A stretch of 63,940 bases of DNA, filler included, from an uncultured bacterium (GCA_964449065.1; 6 parts of 6 records of this genome joined end to end with filler, not necessarily neighbours in it); one strand, 5' to 3'; positions 1-10,551 are shown, numbered from the whole stretch's first letter. Notes: generated by a model from the letters alone, not told the origin. Numbers and translations: made by a program.

Positions 1-3
1 GAG

Positions 4-50
4 AAATTTCCCCTCCCAAAGGTGGGAGGGGTTAGGGGAGGGTTTGAAGC
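4..50. repeat. REP-like palindromic repeat (TTTCCCCTC..AAAGGTGGGAGGGGTTAGGGGAGGG family)
   Basis: Near-identical copy at ~53511-53558; lies just 3' of a stop codon. Confidence 0.75.
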
Positions 51-65
51 ATTGATAACCGGTAC

Positions 66-683
66 CTAATTCGGATAAAAGCCCTTATTGCTGCGGATGA
101 TCCAGCCTTCCGAAATCAGGCCGTTGCTGCCTTCGTAAATGCGGTCGAGCGGCTTGGCCCCGTTAAACTCTCCCAACACCGAGGCCGCCATTAAAAAGTC
201 AGGCCAGGGCGCGCCCTGTGTATTGGCCGGGCCAGGCGAAAAGTAATACCAATGAAAGCCGCCGTCGAACAGCGTCTGCCACCGTCCCGAACGCCACTCG
301 GGATTCTGCGTGTTGTTGTAGGTATAGGTGGCGCGCAGCGTGTCGGATTCGCGTGTGCCGCCGGGCCCCTGCATGAATGGGTCAAAGGGAATGTTGTTCA
401 TATACGTGATGGGTGAGGTCAACCGGTTCAAGGCCTGCCGATTGCCCTGCGTGTAGAGCCCCAGCGAAGCGCCTTCCAGCGAGCCGATGGGCGCGCGGCC
501 TTCGTCAAAACTGTACATCTCAATGGCGGTGGCGATGTTGCGCATATCGGCCATCACCCGCGACAGCTTGGCGCGCATTTGAGCGTTCAAAAAATTCGGG
601 ACGGCAATCGCCGCCAGAATACCTATGATGGCAACCACAATCAATAACTCAATTAACGTAAATGCGTTTCGGTTTTTGTTCAT
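66..683 (-). CDS. Prepilin-type N-terminal cleavage/methylation domain protein (GspG/pilin-like)
   Basis: Basic leader then AFTLIELLIVVAIIGILAAIAVPNF class III signal; C-terminal YEGSNGLISEG motif shared with 27207..27806. Confidence 0.9.
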   Translation of the reverse strand: MNKNRNAFTLIELLIVVAIIGILAAIAVPNFLNAQMRAKLSRVMADMRNIATAIEMYSFDEGRAPIGSLEGASLGLYTQGNRQALNRLTSPITYMNNIPFDPFMQGPGGTRESDTLRATYTYNNTQNPEWRSGRWQTLFDGGFHWYYFSPGPANTQGAPWPDFLMAASVLGEFNGAKPLDRIYEGSNGLISEGWIIRSNKGFYPN

Positions 684-745
684 TTTCTATCCTTTTTTGC
701 CGGTCACTTACCATCAATATCACTCATTCTCTCAAAAATTTCAAG

Positions 746-1963
746 TTATTTTTCATTCGCGTAACTTGTTTGGGATGTAAAAAAAGAGTGATGGGTAAAC
801 GAGAGTACGCAAAACAGTGTTGAGTAAAACAGCGGAAAGCGGTCAATAAATGCAGGCACAATCTCTTTGGCGATTTCTTGGGGATAGATGTAGAAAAAGA
901 GAGATAGAAAGGTTGTAATCATAAACCATTTATTCTTTGTATAAAAATCCATACACAAACAACACCCAAGAACAACCGGCAGCAACAACCGGATATGGGA
1001 TGCCGACCACGCAATCGGCGAACACAGCAGTGAGATGGAAAGAAAGTATCCCGCGTTGATGAGCAGCGTTTTTCCATTGCCTGCAAATAGTTCCTTGCGG
1101 TTGCAATAGACAGATGCAAAGTAAGCAAGCAGTAATGCGGTGAAGTTATATGGAAGCATGTTGCTTTCCATATCGAAGATGAACTTTAGAAATGCCATCA
1201 ACGATTGATTGTCTTTGTAGGCATCCACATAACGTGGCAAGGTCGGGAGAATTTCGGATACAAAAATGTAGTGAGAAAGAAATCCGGTGAACGGCATCAT
1301 CATCAAAACCAATGCAAACCCACCAAAAATCATATACACACATTTCCGTATTCCCCCAGAAACAAGATACGCGGCAAAGAAGGGGGTAAACCACAACTTA
1401 ATCAAGATGCCGGGAAGAAAGAAAGCCGCGCTCCAAGCGATTCTGTTTTTCATCAAACAGAATACCGCCAATAAAAAGAAAAAGAACAATAAACCTTCTA
1501 CCTGCAAAGAACCCAGCACCAAATGTGACGGCCGGGCGAAGTAAACCAAGAAGGGGATTAAATAATCCATATACCTGACCGCGGGAAAGTAAATCCGCCG
1601 AAAGCGATCCAGGATCAAATCAATGCCTATAAATGAGATAATGGTCACGACAGAAAAAATCAGCTTCGCTTCCATCTTGGTGAATAGCGTGAGCGGAATC
1701 AGCATGGCCGCGAAACAGGGGGGGTACAAATACCACGATGAAGCACCGTGCCGTTTAAAAAACGCGGAGGTATCGTAATACAAATTTTCGCCCGCTGCCA
1801 AACGTTCAGCGGCTTTATAGTAATAATCAAAATCGGTCGGCAGCACCATCACGATAAAGGGCAAATCCCAAGCCAGCCACAATATACCGGCGGTACGAAT
1901 CGACCAATGCAGATACGTTTTTGCTTTTTGATTCATGGACGAAATGAAATTATACGCTGTCAT
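746..1963 (-). CDS. GT-C fold membrane glycosyltransferase (GT87/DUF2029-like)
   Basis: DFDYYY..A..L..GENLY, YLYPP, IKLW and NQSL motifs; polytopic hydrophobic protein. Confidence 0.75.
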   Translation of the reverse strand: MTAYNFISSMNQKAKTYLHWSIRTAGILWLAWDLPFIVMVLPTDFDYYYKAAERLAAGENLYYDTSAFFKRHGASSWYLYPPCFAAMLIPLTLFTKMEAKLIFSVVTIISFIGIDLILDRFRRIYFPAVRYMDYLIPFLVYFARPSHLVLGSLQVEGLLFFFFLLAVFCLMKNRIAWSAAFFLPGILIKLWFTPFFAAYLVSGGIRKCVYMIFGGFALVLMMMPFTGFLSHYIFVSEILPTLPRYVDAYKDNQSLMAFLKFIFDMESNMLPYNFTALLLAYFASVYCNRKELFAGNGKTLLINAGYFLSISLLCSPIAWSASHIRLLLPVVLGCCLCMDFYTKNKWFMITTFLSLFFYIYPQEIAKEIVPAFIDRFPLFYSTLFCVLSFTHHSFFTSQTSYANEK

Positions 1964-2030
1964 GGTTTATGGAACAGCGTACCAAGCATGATTTTTGATG
2001 GCTAGAGTAGTTGGCAAACGTATGTTTTTA

Positions 2031-2080
2031 GGGAGAGCGAGGCTCCTGCCGAGCCAGAAGTACAGTTCCAACTCAATCAG
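2031..2080. repeat. REP-like repeat (GGGAGGGCGAGGCTCCCGCCGAGCC family)
   Basis: Related copies at ~18195, ~18484 and ~53369, and a degenerate one at ~36918. Confidence 0.75.
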
Positions 2081-2134
2081 TACATAACTTTGGCAACCGG
2101 TTCAGATGAGGTCCAGGCTAAAAATCAAACATGA

Positions 2135-3049
2135 TTATGTCGTGGTTACCGCGTAAATTTTTTGGGAAGAAGATTTTCTTAGGTTCTGAAAGCGTTTTTG
2201 TGCTTGGTTAAACCAAAGATGATTGAGCAATGGAATGAGTTGATTCTTAATCTGTCTTCGTTCGACAATCATGTCGATCAATCCATGCTTGAGCAAAAAT
2301 TCGGAACGCTGAAAGCCTTCGGGCAGTTGCTGACCGATGGTTTGTTCGATGACACGCGGGCCGGCAAAACCGATCAACGCTTTCGGTTCGGCGATGATCA
2401 CATCACCCAATGCGACAAAGCTGGCAGCCACACCGCCCATCGTCGGGTTGGCGATCACAGAGATATAAGGGATACCTCTTTGCTTCAATTTTCCAACAGC
2501 CGCGCTTGTCTTTGCCATCTGCATCAATGAAAGCATGCCTTCCTGCATACGGGCACCGCCCCCGCCGGTAGAAATGGTTATGTATGGAATTTCATCATTC
2601 AATGCGCGTTCGGCCGCGCGGGTGATTTTTTCCCCCACTACCGAGCCCATGCTGCCGCCCATGAAGTTAAAGTCTAACACCCCAAGAATAATTGGGTTGC
2701 CGTTGATGGCGGCTGTTCCGGTCACCGCGCCTTCGTTGCGTTTGGTTTTGTTTTGGGCGCTCTGCATTTTTTTGTCATAGCCGTCGAAATCCAACGGGTT
2801 TTTGGATGCGAGATGGCTGTCAAATTCTTGAAAGGAGTTTTCATCGACGGTAATGGCGATGCGGTCTTCTACCGGCATGGGATAGGAAAAACTGCAATAC
2901 GGGCATTGATGTTGATTGCGCTTGATTTCCTCATTGGTGACGTACTCTTGGCAATCGGAACATACCCGCCAAACGCCGGCCGGCATATCCTTCTTTTTTT
3001 GTCCGTTGGAGAGGGATGTAATACGATTCTTCCGCTTAAACCAAACCAC
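2135..3049 (-). CDS. accD: Acetyl-CoA carboxylase carboxyltransferase beta subunit
   Basis: CSDC..CPYC zinc ribbon, FMGGSMGSVVGEKI, GGARMQEG, IGFAGPRVIEQT; GTG start at 3049 inferred. Confidence 0.97.
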   Translation of the reverse strand: MVWFKRKNRITSLSNGQKKKDMPAGVWRVCSDCQEYVTNEEIKRNQHQCPYCSFSYPMPVEDRIAITVDENSFQEFDSHLASKNPLDFDGYDKKMQSAQNKTKRNEGAVTGTAAINGNPIILGVLDFNFMGGSMGSVVGEKITRAAERALNDEIPYITISTGGGGARMQEGMLSLMQMAKTSAAVGKLKQRGIPYISVIANPTMGGVAASFVALGDVIIAEPKALIGFAGPRVIEQTIGQQLPEGFQRSEFLLKHGLIDMIVERRQIKNQLIPLLNHLWFNQAQKRFQNLRKSSSQKIYAVTTT

Positions 3050-3174
3050 AATAATGCCCCCGTGTTGAATATCCAGCAAATTGTATCTCCAAACGCGGAA
3101 ACACAACCCCCTCAATCACACACACATATCCACAAGTCAATAGTAAGGGGAAAAAAATGGAAACGCAAGGCTTT

Positions 3175-3864
3175 TTATAACGATTCAAGATTTTCCAATT
3201 TCCGCAGCCACGCATCAAAGTGAGGGCATTTCTTGCGCATGGTTGGAATACCAATGGCTTCGGCAATTCGTATATCAATCGACACCTTTGTTTTCTGATT
3301 GTAAAAAGGACATAAGCGTTCTAAACGTTTTGACGGTGCTGTGGCATCGCCATCATTTATTTCTTCTGGAGTATCATATTGTTCTAAAATTTCTCGAAAT
3401 GGAGATGATTCAACATTCAATCCCTCTGCCAAAGCATTTGGATGACTGAACAACAGTGATTCGAATTCATGCATAGAAATATATGGAACAAACCGTTTGT
3501 CTGCTCTGAATTCATGAAAGGAATGAACAATATTGTTATGCATTTCTGTTTCTACCATTTCGGCTTTTTGGAGTGCTGAAATTGATTCTCCGCTTTTTAC
3601 TCTTTGATACACGTTAGCTTTCCCGGGCCATTTACTATCAATACGGAAATAATCAAACATCGTTGAAATGTAGGTATTCATTTCCATTTTTAGGAAAATA
3701 CCAATATCGCTTTTGGCCCAGGAGTATTTATTTCCGCCTTCTTTTCCTGCTTCTTTACTTGTGATCAAAATTCCATGATTAGATAAATATGTGGCCAATA
3801 ATTTATTGACAAATAGCCTTTCTGTTTTTCCTTCCACAACTACTTTAACTTTGATATTCCACAT
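3175..3864 (-). CDS. DUF4276 family (TOPRIM-like) protein
   Basis: VVVEGKTE, MFDYF, HEFESLLFS, PEEINDG..TAPSKRL, CPHFDAW motifs; overlaps the end of the upstream ATPase. Confidence 0.85.
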   Translation of the reverse strand: MWNIKVKVVVEGKTERLFVNKLLATYLSNHGILITSKEAGKEGGNKYSWAKSDIGIFLKMEMNTYISTMFDYFRIDSKWPGKANVYQRVKSGESISALQKAEMVETEMHNNIVHSFHEFRADKRFVPYISMHEFESLLFSHPNALAEGLNVESSPFREILEQYDTPEEINDGDATAPSKRLERLCPFYNQKTKVSIDIRIAEAIGIPTMRKKCPHFDAWLRKLENLESL

Positions 3865-4981
3865 ATATGGGGCTCCCGGATAAAGCATTTGTATACCAAA
3901 GTTGGCTTAATTTATATTTTTTTAGCCAAAGAGAAAGTGCTTGTTTATCTAATCGTTCGAAATTGGACGCTCCGTTATTACGCTCTACTACAATAATTTC
4001 TTCTGGTTCAAAATAATCCAACAAGGCAGATGATTGGGTAGAAATGATGATCTGTGATTGGAAGGATACTTCATTAATCAATCCAGCGATAATATCAATG
4101 GCCTGTGGATGCAGTCCGAGTTCAGGTTCATCAATAATGATCGTGGATGGTGACTCTGGCTGCATTAACGCTGTGACTAGACCAATAAACCGAATGGTTC
4201 CATCGGATAAATGGTAGGGTTTTAATTGAATGTCTGAGCCTTTTTGTTTCCACAAAAGCCAAATATTTTCATGGTCATCCGGTTTAAAAACAAATTCATC
4301 AAAGAATGGGGCAACCAAACGAATGATTTCTAAAATTTTTTGATACAAAATCGCGTCTTCATTTTTGATTCGAAACAAAACGGGAGCAATATTAGAAGCA
4401 TCTTCCCGTAAATACGAATTATCGTCAATCGATTCTGAACGGCGCATTGAAGCCAAATAGCTCGTATCGTTGAAATGATAAATCATCTGAGAACGAATGG
4501 ATCTATAACACTGCATTACGGCAGCAGGCTTCAAAAAACTATCATGACTTTTATAGGCTTTTATCAATTCTGGCGAAGTGTGACCACTGCCCCATGATTT
4601 CCAATCAGTTGAATCATTACCATTGTAATAAGCTTCATCCTTGATGAGGCAAGTTTTGTCTGCAGTCGGTATGAGGACAAAACGGTATCCATAGTTTCCA
4701 AAAAACAGTTCTACTTCAATTTGTTTTGTCATTTTAGGTCCATTAAATAGAAGATTATCAATGCCACCAAAAAAATTGAGGTAAGCTTTTAAATTGCCAA
4801 TAGGCAAACCAGGCAAAGGCAGTTCCATCATCGCGCGCAGCATACGGAAGAAGTCAATTAAGTTACTCTTCCCGGCGCCGTTTCCACCGATGAGCACGTT
4901 TAAATTCGTCAATTCAAAATCTTCAAGAGATTGAATCGACTTAAAGCCTTTTATGGTTAGTTTGTTAAGCGCGTGCGGCAT
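3845..4981 (-). CDS. ABC/AAA_21-type ATPase
   Basis: IKGFKSI, Walker A GGNGAGKSN, signature LSDGT, Walker B IIIDEPELGLHP, ISTQS. Confidence 0.92.
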   Translation of the reverse strand: MPHALNKLTIKGFKSIQSLEDFELTNLNVLIGGNGAGKSNLIDFFRMLRAMMELPLPGLPIGNLKAYLNFFGGIDNLLFNGPKMTKQIEVELFFGNYGYRFVLIPTADKTCLIKDEAYYNGNDSTDWKSWGSGHTSPELIKAYKSHDSFLKPAAVMQCYRSIRSQMIYHFNDTSYLASMRRSESIDDNSYLREDASNIAPVLFRIKNEDAILYQKILEIIRLVAPFFDEFVFKPDDHENIWLLWKQKGSDIQLKPYHLSDGTIRFIGLVTALMQPESPSTIIIDEPELGLHPQAIDIIAGLINEVSFQSQIIISTQSSALLDYFEPEEIIVVERNNGASNFERLDKQALSLWLKKYKLSQLWYTNALSGSPIYVEYQS

Positions 4982-5094
4982 TTCTGTACCTATTTATCAA
5001 AAAATTAAGACAGGATGTGGACCTATGAAAGTTTACGCTTAACCAAATAAAAGCGCAAATATCCATTTGAAAAAAGTATAATGGTATTTTCTCT

Positions 5095-5916
5095 CTACGA
5101 ATGCAAACGATCGACAAAGGGTTTTAGAAACTTGGCGCAGGCGCGGTCGTGCATTTCGTTGGTTTCGGCAATTAACCGGACGATGGCGCTGCCGATGACC
5201 ACGCCATCCGCATGCCGCGAGATGCTGGCGGCCTGATCCGGGTTGGAGATCCCGAAGCCGACCGCGACCGGTTTATCCGTGATTTTCTTAATCCGCGCCA
5301 GGTTGGTTTCCAAATCATCCGCGATGTTTGTTTGCTCTCCGGTAACACCGGTGCGGGATACATAGTAGATAAAGCCGGTGGTTTTGTTTGCAATAGTTTG
5401 AATGCGGTTATCCGGGCTGGTGGGCGCGGCAAGGTAAATTAAAGCGATGTTTTCCATGTCCAGAACGGTTTGAAATTCTTCGCTCTCCTCAACCGGTAAA
5501 TCCGGTATGATGAGGCCGTCGACACCGGCATCCGCGGCATCGTTGGCAAACTTCTCCAAGCCGTACTGCAAGAACAGGTTGTAATAGGTCATAATCACGA
5601 TGGGTGTTGCCACATTCAACCGCATTTCTTTTACGCTTGCCAACAATTGCGATAGTTTTATTCCTTGCTTCAAAGCGCGTTCACTGGCGAGTTGAATCAC
5701 CGGTCCATCCGCAAGCGGGTCGGAAAACGGCATTCCAAGTTCGATGATGTCAATATCAATGCCGGAAAACGCTCTGACGATTTTTTCGGTCGTCCCCAAA
5801 TCCGGATCACCGGCCATGATGTAAGGGATCAGAACCTTTTGGCCTAGCTCTTTCCGGTGTTTAAATGCTTGGCGAATGGCCGCCGCTCCCCGCAGTGTAG
5901 CATCCAATTGAACCAT
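5095..5916 (-). CDS. trpA: Tryptophan synthase alpha chain
   Basis: YIMAGDP, ELGMPFSDPLADGPVIQ, SRTGVTG, VGFGIS. Confidence 0.98.
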   Translation of the reverse strand: MVQLDATLRGAAAIRQAFKHRKELGQKVLIPYIMAGDPDLGTTEKIVRAFSGIDIDIIELGMPFSDPLADGPVIQLASERALKQGIKLSQLLASVKEMRLNVATPIVIMTYYNLFLQYGLEKFANDAADAGVDGLIIPDLPVEESEEFQTVLDMENIALIYLAAPTSPDNRIQTIANKTTGFIYYVSRTGVTGEQTNIADDLETNLARIKKITDKPVAVGFGISNPDQAASISRHADGVVIGSAIVRLIAETNEMHDRACAKFLKPFVDRLHS

Positions 5917-7151
5917 TACAGCTGCCCCTCCAAATGCTTGGATGCGGTTTCGACATCTTTGTCGCCGCGTCCCGATAAGTTCACCACAATGATTTGATCT
6001 GGTTTCATCGAACCGGCAATCTTCATGGCTTGCGCAATCGCATGAGACGATTCCAAAGCGGGGATAATCCCTTCCAAACGCGACAGGAGTTTAAACGCAT
6101 CCAATGCCTCTTGGTCGGTCACCGCGACATAATCGGCTCTGCCGCTTTCTTTGTAATAGCAATGTTCCGGCCCAACGCCGGGGTAATCAAGCCCCGCGGA
6201 AATGGAATGGGTATCGGCAATCTGGCCTTCCCGGTTTTGCATGAGGTACGATTTTTGGCCGTGCAGCACACCGATATTTCCCGCGTTTAGCGGGGCGGCG
6301 TGTCTGCCGGTTTCCATGCCGTCTCCGGCTGCTTCGACGCCGATCATTTTGACACCGGAATCATCATAGAAGGGGTAGAACAATCCCATCGCGTTGCTGC
6401 CGCCACCGACACAGGCGATCAGGCAATCCGGCAGTTTTCCTTCTTTTTCCAGAATTTGCTCTTTGGTTTCTTTCCCGATGATGGATTGAAATTCGCGCAC
6501 GATTTTGGGGTAAGGGTGCGGTCCGGCAACCGTGCCGATGATGTAGTGCGTGCTACGGACATTGGTAACCCAATCGCGGATGGCTTCGTTCATGGCGTCT
6601 TTTAAGGTGCGCGTGCCGCTTTTGACCGCGACTACTTTGGCGCCCATCAACTCCATGCGGAACACATTTAAGCGCTGGCGGACGGTGTCTTCTTCCCCCA
6701 TATAGACGACACATTCCAAATCAAACAGGGCGGATACCGTAGCGGTAGAGACGCCGTGCTGTCCGGCACCGGTCTCTGCGATGACGCGTTTTTTTCCCAT
6801 TTTTCTGGCGAGTAAGGCTTGCCCGACGGTTTGGTTGATTTTGTGGGCGCCGGTGTGGGCCAAATCTTCGCGTTTGAGATAGATTTTTGCTCCGCCCAGA
6901 TGCTCCGTTAACCGGCCTGCATAATACAAATTGGTCGGTCTCCCAACATAGTCTTTCAGATAAGAAGCGTATTCGTTTTGAAAATCCGGATCGGGATAAT
7001 AGCGGTCAAAATATTCGATCAGTTCCTGCAGGGCCGGCATGAGAGTTTCGGGCACGTATTGACCGCCGAACAGACCGAACTTTCCGTGACTATCGGGTAA
7101 CGAAGCATAATCGGGTTTTGGGGGAAGCGATTGGGCAACCATGGCTTGCAT
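5916..7151 (-). CDS. trpB: Tryptophan synthase beta chain
   Basis: [15 protein letters not shown] (PLP Lys), [28 protein letters not shown]. Confidence 0.99.
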   Translation of the reverse strand: MQAMVAQSLPPKPDYASLPDSHGKFGLFGGQYVPETLMPALQELIEYFDRYYPDPDFQNEYASYLKDYVGRPTNLYYAGRLTEHLGGAKIYLKREDLAHTGAHKINQTVGQALLARKMGKKRVIAETGAGQHGVSTATVSALFDLECVVYMGEEDTVRQRLNVFRMELMGAKVVAVKSGTRTLKDAMNEAIRDWVTNVRSTHYIIGTVAGPHPYPKIVREFQSIIGKETKEQILEKEGKLPDCLIACVGGGSNAMGLFYPFYDDSGVKMIGVEAAGDGMETGRHAAPLNAGNIGVLHGQKSYLMQNREGQIADTHSISAGLDYPGVGPEHCYYKESGRADYVAVTDQEALDAFKLLSRLEGIIPALESSHAIAQAMKIAGSMKPDQIIVVNLSGRGDKDVETASKHLEGQL

Positions 7152-7525
7152 CCTTATAATCAGAGCATTATTTCAAGTTAGATATAAAGTATAAATTCAA
7201 TTACCGGAACAGGAACGGCTTATGATTGAGAATCCGTAAAATGAATGTAAATCATTCATGAGAATGAGTCAAAGTCCATTGTATTTACTTGCTTGATTTC
7301 GGTGGTTGAATAGAATCTCGCCGGGTTCAACCTTTATTGTTATGGCGTTGAGGAAAATCATGACACTGTTTCTAATCGGATTCGGTATCGATTTTTGGAT
7401 TTGGTTTACTTTTGCAGGGAAATAATGTGTGGAATTTTCCAGTAACGGCGGTATGTTAAGATTAGTATCCCAACGGGTTCCCTATCATCATCTGGGACAA
7501 CGCCACAGGAGTCATACGCTGAGTT

Positions 7526-8173
7526 ATGTGTGCCAAGACCATTTATGAATTTCACCCGGATATGGATGATTTGCTCATCTCACCGGGCTCAATTGATGAA
7601 TACCTCAACTTCGAAGAACGGTTTGGCAATGACAAGCCGGTGGATATCGAAATCGGCACCGGCAAGGGGCGGTTTATTCTCTCCGAATCGCTGAAACGGC
7701 CCGACATCAATTTTTTGGGAATTGAGTGGTCAAGAAAATGGCTGCGAATTGCCCTTCTGCGTGCCGCAAAACTGCCGCGTGACAACTGTCTTTTTTTGTG
7801 TATGGATGCCGATTTCGTGGTGAAGCTGTTAATCCGGCCGGAAACGGTTCATGCATATCATATCTACTTCCCCGACCCCTGGCATAAAAAACGGCACAAC
7901 AAACGCCGATTGCTCAATCCACGATTTTTAGAACGGGCCGCGCAAACCCTAGAGCCAAACGGGATAATCTACTTTAAAACCGATCACCGCGGCTATTATG
8001 ATTATGCCTGCGAAAGTTTTGTGGAATGCAAACTCTTTCGAAAACAGAACGAAGAATTTACCAACGAGAAAATCCAAACGATGGATGAAGCCGGTGAAGA
8101 CGCGACCCATTTTGAGATTAAATACTTAAAGCAGGCACGAACCATCCATTCGGCGGAATTTGTGAAAGTTTGA
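7526..8173 (+). CDS. trmB: tRNA (guanine-N7)-methyltransferase
   Basis: EIGTGKG, FLGIE, FPDPWHKKRHNKRRL, FKTD, THFE. Confidence 0.95.
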   Translation: MCAKTIYEFHPDMDDLLISPGSIDEYLNFEERFGNDKPVDIEIGTGKGRFILSESLKRPDINFLGIEWSRKWLRIALLRAAKLPRDNCLFLCMDADFVVKLLIRPETVHAYHIYFPDPWHKKRHNKRRLLNPRFLERAAQTLEPNGIIYFKTDHRGYYDYACESFVECKLFRKQNEEFTNEKIQTMDEAGEDATHFEIKYLKQARTIHSAEFVKV

Positions 8174-8247
8174 ATCCCGTTCCATCTATCCTTGTGGATT
8201 CCTGCATTCCTGCGTATTCTTCTAAAAAATCACTGCAAGTATAAACT

Positions 8248-9630
8248 ATGAACATTCGTTCCAAATTTCGATCATCCGGCCTACAATTCAAGGCGCTTTT
8301 TAGTGTTTGGAACATTGCCTTGTTCAGTCTTGCTTTGATCCCCAGGCTGTTGTGGGCTTTGGAACCGCATCCGCCGCCTTTTTCCGATATGGAGGATTAT
8401 TATCTCTGCGCGGTAAACGCGCTGCGGGGTGAATATCTTGCCATGTCGGACGACCGCCTTGCCTACCGCGCTCCCGGCTATCCCCTCTTTTTGTACACTA
8501 TTTTCACTCTGTTTCCTGCCGACAGGCTGCTGGCGGTTCGGTTGGTGCAATCGGTGATCGATGCGTTCACCGTGTTGGTTTTGTTTTCCATTGCCAAATC
8601 GGTATTGAAGCCGCTGCTTCTATTGAAGCATAGACAAAATCATTTTCTGCAAACCGTTTTGGCGTTCACCACGGCATTGCATTACGCTTGGATGAGCGGG
8701 CCGGTCTTTTTCTCTTCCATCCTCATGACCGAATCGCTTTTTACCTTTTTGCTTTTGGTATGGCTGAAGTGTATGGTTTCCGCGCGTGAGTTCAATCATT
8801 CTTCCCTGTTGATTGCATCATCTCTGTTGTTAGGAATTTTGGCATTGGTTCGTCCTATTTCACTTTGTCTGCTGCCGGTTTTGATCTTTTTTTGCTTCCT
8901 TCATTATGGCCGTATGAACCGGACCCCCCCAGCTTTCATCCCGCTGTTCTGCTGGCTTGTGCCTATTGTACCTTGGACGATTCGCAATGCCATAATGCTG
9001 GGAACATTTGTGCTGTTAACCACCAATTCCGGGGTGAATTTCTACATCGGTCATCAACAAAACTACAGTTACTACAACACGGGCGAGAAAGAACAAATCC
9101 GTCAAGAACTAATTGAAGAACTTGGGGGAATTGATGAAGTGGCCGAAGACCGGTACTTTTTTTTAAAGGGCCTTGAAGAAATTGCCGGCCGCCCGCATCT
9201 GCTGATACAGCATTCATTGCAAAAGTTGTATTATTTATTTTTGATGACAGAACCTCCGTGGCCTTGGCGTGAATACGGTTCAGGAATGGGGCCGCGGTTT
9301 TATCAAGCCGTGCCCTTTTTGAAGTGGAGTTGGAGCCCGCTGTTGTTTTTGTTTACCCTGGCCGGTATCGTCTATGCATTCATCAAAAAACTGCCGCATG
9401 GAATTTTGCTCTCCCTGATTGGGCTTTATACCGCCGCTTGCGTGTTCTATTTCGCCCGTACCCGGTTTCGGCTGCCTATTGAGCCGCTATTGATTTTCTA
9501 TGCGTGGTTGGGTATCGTTTCTTTATTGGAAACCGGATATAGTATGATTTGGCGATGGCAGAATCTTCGTTCTACTTCTTCGCCGGAACCGTTTGACTCC
9601 AAATCATTTGATCAGGTTAAATTGAGATAA
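8248..9630 (+). CDS. ArnT/PMT-like (GT39/GT83-type) membrane glycosyltransferase
   Basis: SDMEDY, AYRAPGYPLFL, MTESLF, LVRP, PWTIRN, RFRLP; many TM segments. Confidence 0.75.
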   Translation: MNIRSKFRSSGLQFKALFSVWNIALFSLALIPRLLWALEPHPPPFSDMEDYYLCAVNALRGEYLAMSDDRLAYRAPGYPLFLYTIFTLFPADRLLAVRLVQSVIDAFTVLVLFSIAKSVLKPLLLLKHRQNHFLQTVLAFTTALHYAWMSGPVFFSSILMTESLFTFLLLVWLKCMVSAREFNHSSLLIASSLLLGILALVRPISLCLLPVLIFFCFLHYGRMNRTPPAFIPLFCWLVPIVPWTIRNAIMLGTFVLLTTNSGVNFYIGHQQNYSYYNTGEKEQIRQELIEELGGIDEVAEDRYFFLKGLEEIAGRPHLLIQHSLQKLYYLFLMTEPPWPWREYGSGMGPRFYQAVPFLKWSWSPLLFLFTLAGIVYAFIKKLPHGILLSLIGLYTAACVFYFARTRFRLPIEPLLIFYAWLGIVSLLETGYSMIWRWQNLRSTSSPEPFDSKSFDQVKLR

Positions 9631-9635
9631 TCATC

Positions 9636-10322
9636 ATGGCTGATAAACCGAGAGATATTTATATCCCTGCAGAAAGTTGGGCAAATGTTGTCCGGGTTAT
9701 CGCGCCCAAACCCAAGAGTATTGATCCCGCCTTCGCCCACGCGCTGGTGCAGTTTGACCGCTACGCGAAAACCATAAAGGGCGATATCGGCGACGCCATC
9801 CGCCAATGCCACGATCACCTGGAACGCTTTATGGCCAACGCCCAAGAATTGGTGGAAGCCGAATCCGGCGAGCGCACCGAACGTTTGGGACGGCCGCGGG
9901 AGTTCGATTTCGGCCAAAGCACGCTCACATTTCAAGTATTTCAATACAAAGGGCAAGATACCGTTTCTATTGAAGAAAAACGTTTTGCAGCGTTTGTTTC
10001 TAAATATGATCTCTTCTTTGAAACGCTGCGTTTTATGGAGAGCAAAGTAGAAAAGGGGGAATTGGGTATATTCAAAAACACCTTTATGTTTATCCATAAG
10101 CCGCTGTCCAGCGCTTCGGTACTGATTGAACAAGCGGTAGAAAAAACCTATTTGCAGCGTACCGCAGTTATCGGAGAAAAAGCCGATCCGCACTATGTGC
10201 ATATTGCCGGTACGGAAGATACCAATGAATTCCCCTCCGGACACGTTGTGCGCATCCTCAAACCGGGTTACGCCTACGAAAACCGCGAAATCCAAGAAGG
10301 CGTAGTCATCGTTGCCTCTTGA
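9636..10322 (+). CDS. GrpE-like domain protein (divergent)
   Basis: C-terminus IGEKADPHYVHI...GHVVRILKPGYAYENREIQEGVVIV resembles the GrpE beta domain; N-terminus atypical. Confidence 0.55.
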   Translation: MADKPRDIYIPAESWANVVRVIAPKPKSIDPAFAHALVQFDRYAKTIKGDIGDAIRQCHDHLERFMANAQELVEAESGERTERLGRPREFDFGQSTLTFQVFQYKGQDTVSIEEKRFAAFVSKYDLFFETLRFMESKVEKGELGIFKNTFMFIHKPLSSASVLIEQAVEKTYLQRTAVIGEKADPHYVHIAGTEDTNEFPSGHVVRILKPGYAYENREIQEGVVIVAS

Positions 10323-10525
10323 TACTTTTGAATCTTTCACAAAACCTGGAAATTCATACCTTCATGAGGAAATTTTTTCCTGCTCTTATCACGCTAACAT
10401 CCTCTTATAGCCTCTTATTTTTCGGTGAAAGAGACAAGACCGTTCCACAATAACAGTTATTTATCTATTTGATATATCTTAACTTAAAAATAAATTTTCG
10501 TGTAATAGGCTTTAAAAATCCTATT

Positions 10526-10541
10526 TGGCACGCCCCTTGTA
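10526..10541 (+). promoter_or_regulatory. Putative sigma54 (-24/-12) promoter
   Basis: TGGCAC-GCCCC-TTGTA versus consensus TGGCAC-N5-TTGCW; correct spacing, one mismatch at -12; AT-rich upstream. Confidence 0.6.
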
Positions 10542-10551
10542 TATAAAGCGT

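Noticed and set aside
7152..7525. trp attenuator or T-box upstream of trpB
   Set aside because: No Trp-codon leader peptide or T-box motif seen; only one weak hairpin
9612..10340. Long antisense ORFs (also 11114-11710, 35894-36739, 47220-47942, 57728-58438, 62546-63058)
   Set aside because: Shadow frames of better-supported genes on the opposite strand, with no recognisable motifs
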